A DNA stretch of 64,000 nt, taken from a virus. Lineage: Duplodnaviria; Caudoviricetes. The notes beneath the pieces were generated by a model. It saw nothing but the letters and a program-made list of their open reading frames with translations. It searched no databases and was not told the origin of the DNA. The stretch is taken from positions 32,001 to 96,000 of the IMG/VR virus record IMGVR_UViG_3300021400_001148. One strand, written 5' to 3'. The stretch's first letter is position 1. Each line of letters opens with the position of its first letter. A program made the position numbers and the translations under genes. Shown here one piece after another: positions 63,949 through 64,000 of this stretch.

Positions 63949-64000
63949 ATCGTTTCCTCCTTTAATTTGTGGAGCTTCCGCCCTCGTGATTTGATATTTT

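Noticed and set aside
1-64000. Stop-codon reassignment (TAG read as Gln, as in Lak or some crAss-like phages)
   Set aside because: Conserved genes are full length in the standard code, and TAG ends genes such as metK and thyX at plausible positions.
1-64000. tRNA or rRNA genes, complete IS elements, integrase, or a complete DGR
   Set aside because: I recognised no cloverleaf, transposase, recombinase, reverse transcriptase or template repeat by eye; tRNAscan-SE and HMM searches would be needed to exclude them formally.
1-64000. Bacterial chromosome origin (because of dnaK, metK, rmlA, thyX)
   Set aside because: The housekeeping homologs are isolated from their usual operons among many small phage-type ORFs, RNA ligases and a uniform promoter motif.

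Overview
A 64-kb, gene-dense, mostly plus-strand segment of a large (jumbo-type) bacteriophage genome read in the standard genetic code. The host is probably Bacteroidota: TAnnTTTG promoters recur, starts are A-rich and mostly lack Shine-Dalgarno sites, and there are lipoproteins plus Ig/BACON-like and Fib_succ_major-like virion proteins. The left half carries auxiliary metabolic and counter-defence genes: metK, rmlD, rmlA, dnaK, thyX, mgsA, two amino-type DNA methyltransferases and a catalytically dead C5-methyltransferase homolog, a pncA/Prs-like/NAMPT-like NAD cluster resembling NARP1, NADAR, a Pol-beta nucleotidyltransferase with two RNA ligases, an amidase and two putative virion/adhesin genes. 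The right half (about 37-63 kb) is a hyperplastic accessory region with nine Met-Cys-initiated paralogs and recD2. Its most notable feature is nine ORFs built from unrelated variable segments joined in frame by about nine types of short linker conserved at the nucleotide level. One linker (TAAyGCAAGAAAGGAGG) also bounds whole-gene cassettes. This looks like a combinatorial cassette-shuffling system. A bipartite promoter, WTGCGCC-N29-TAnnTTTG, occurs 12 times with invariant spacing. I saw no CRISPR array, tRNA, rRNA, integrase, transposase or reverse transcriptase. All functional calls come from motif recognition by eye, not database searches.
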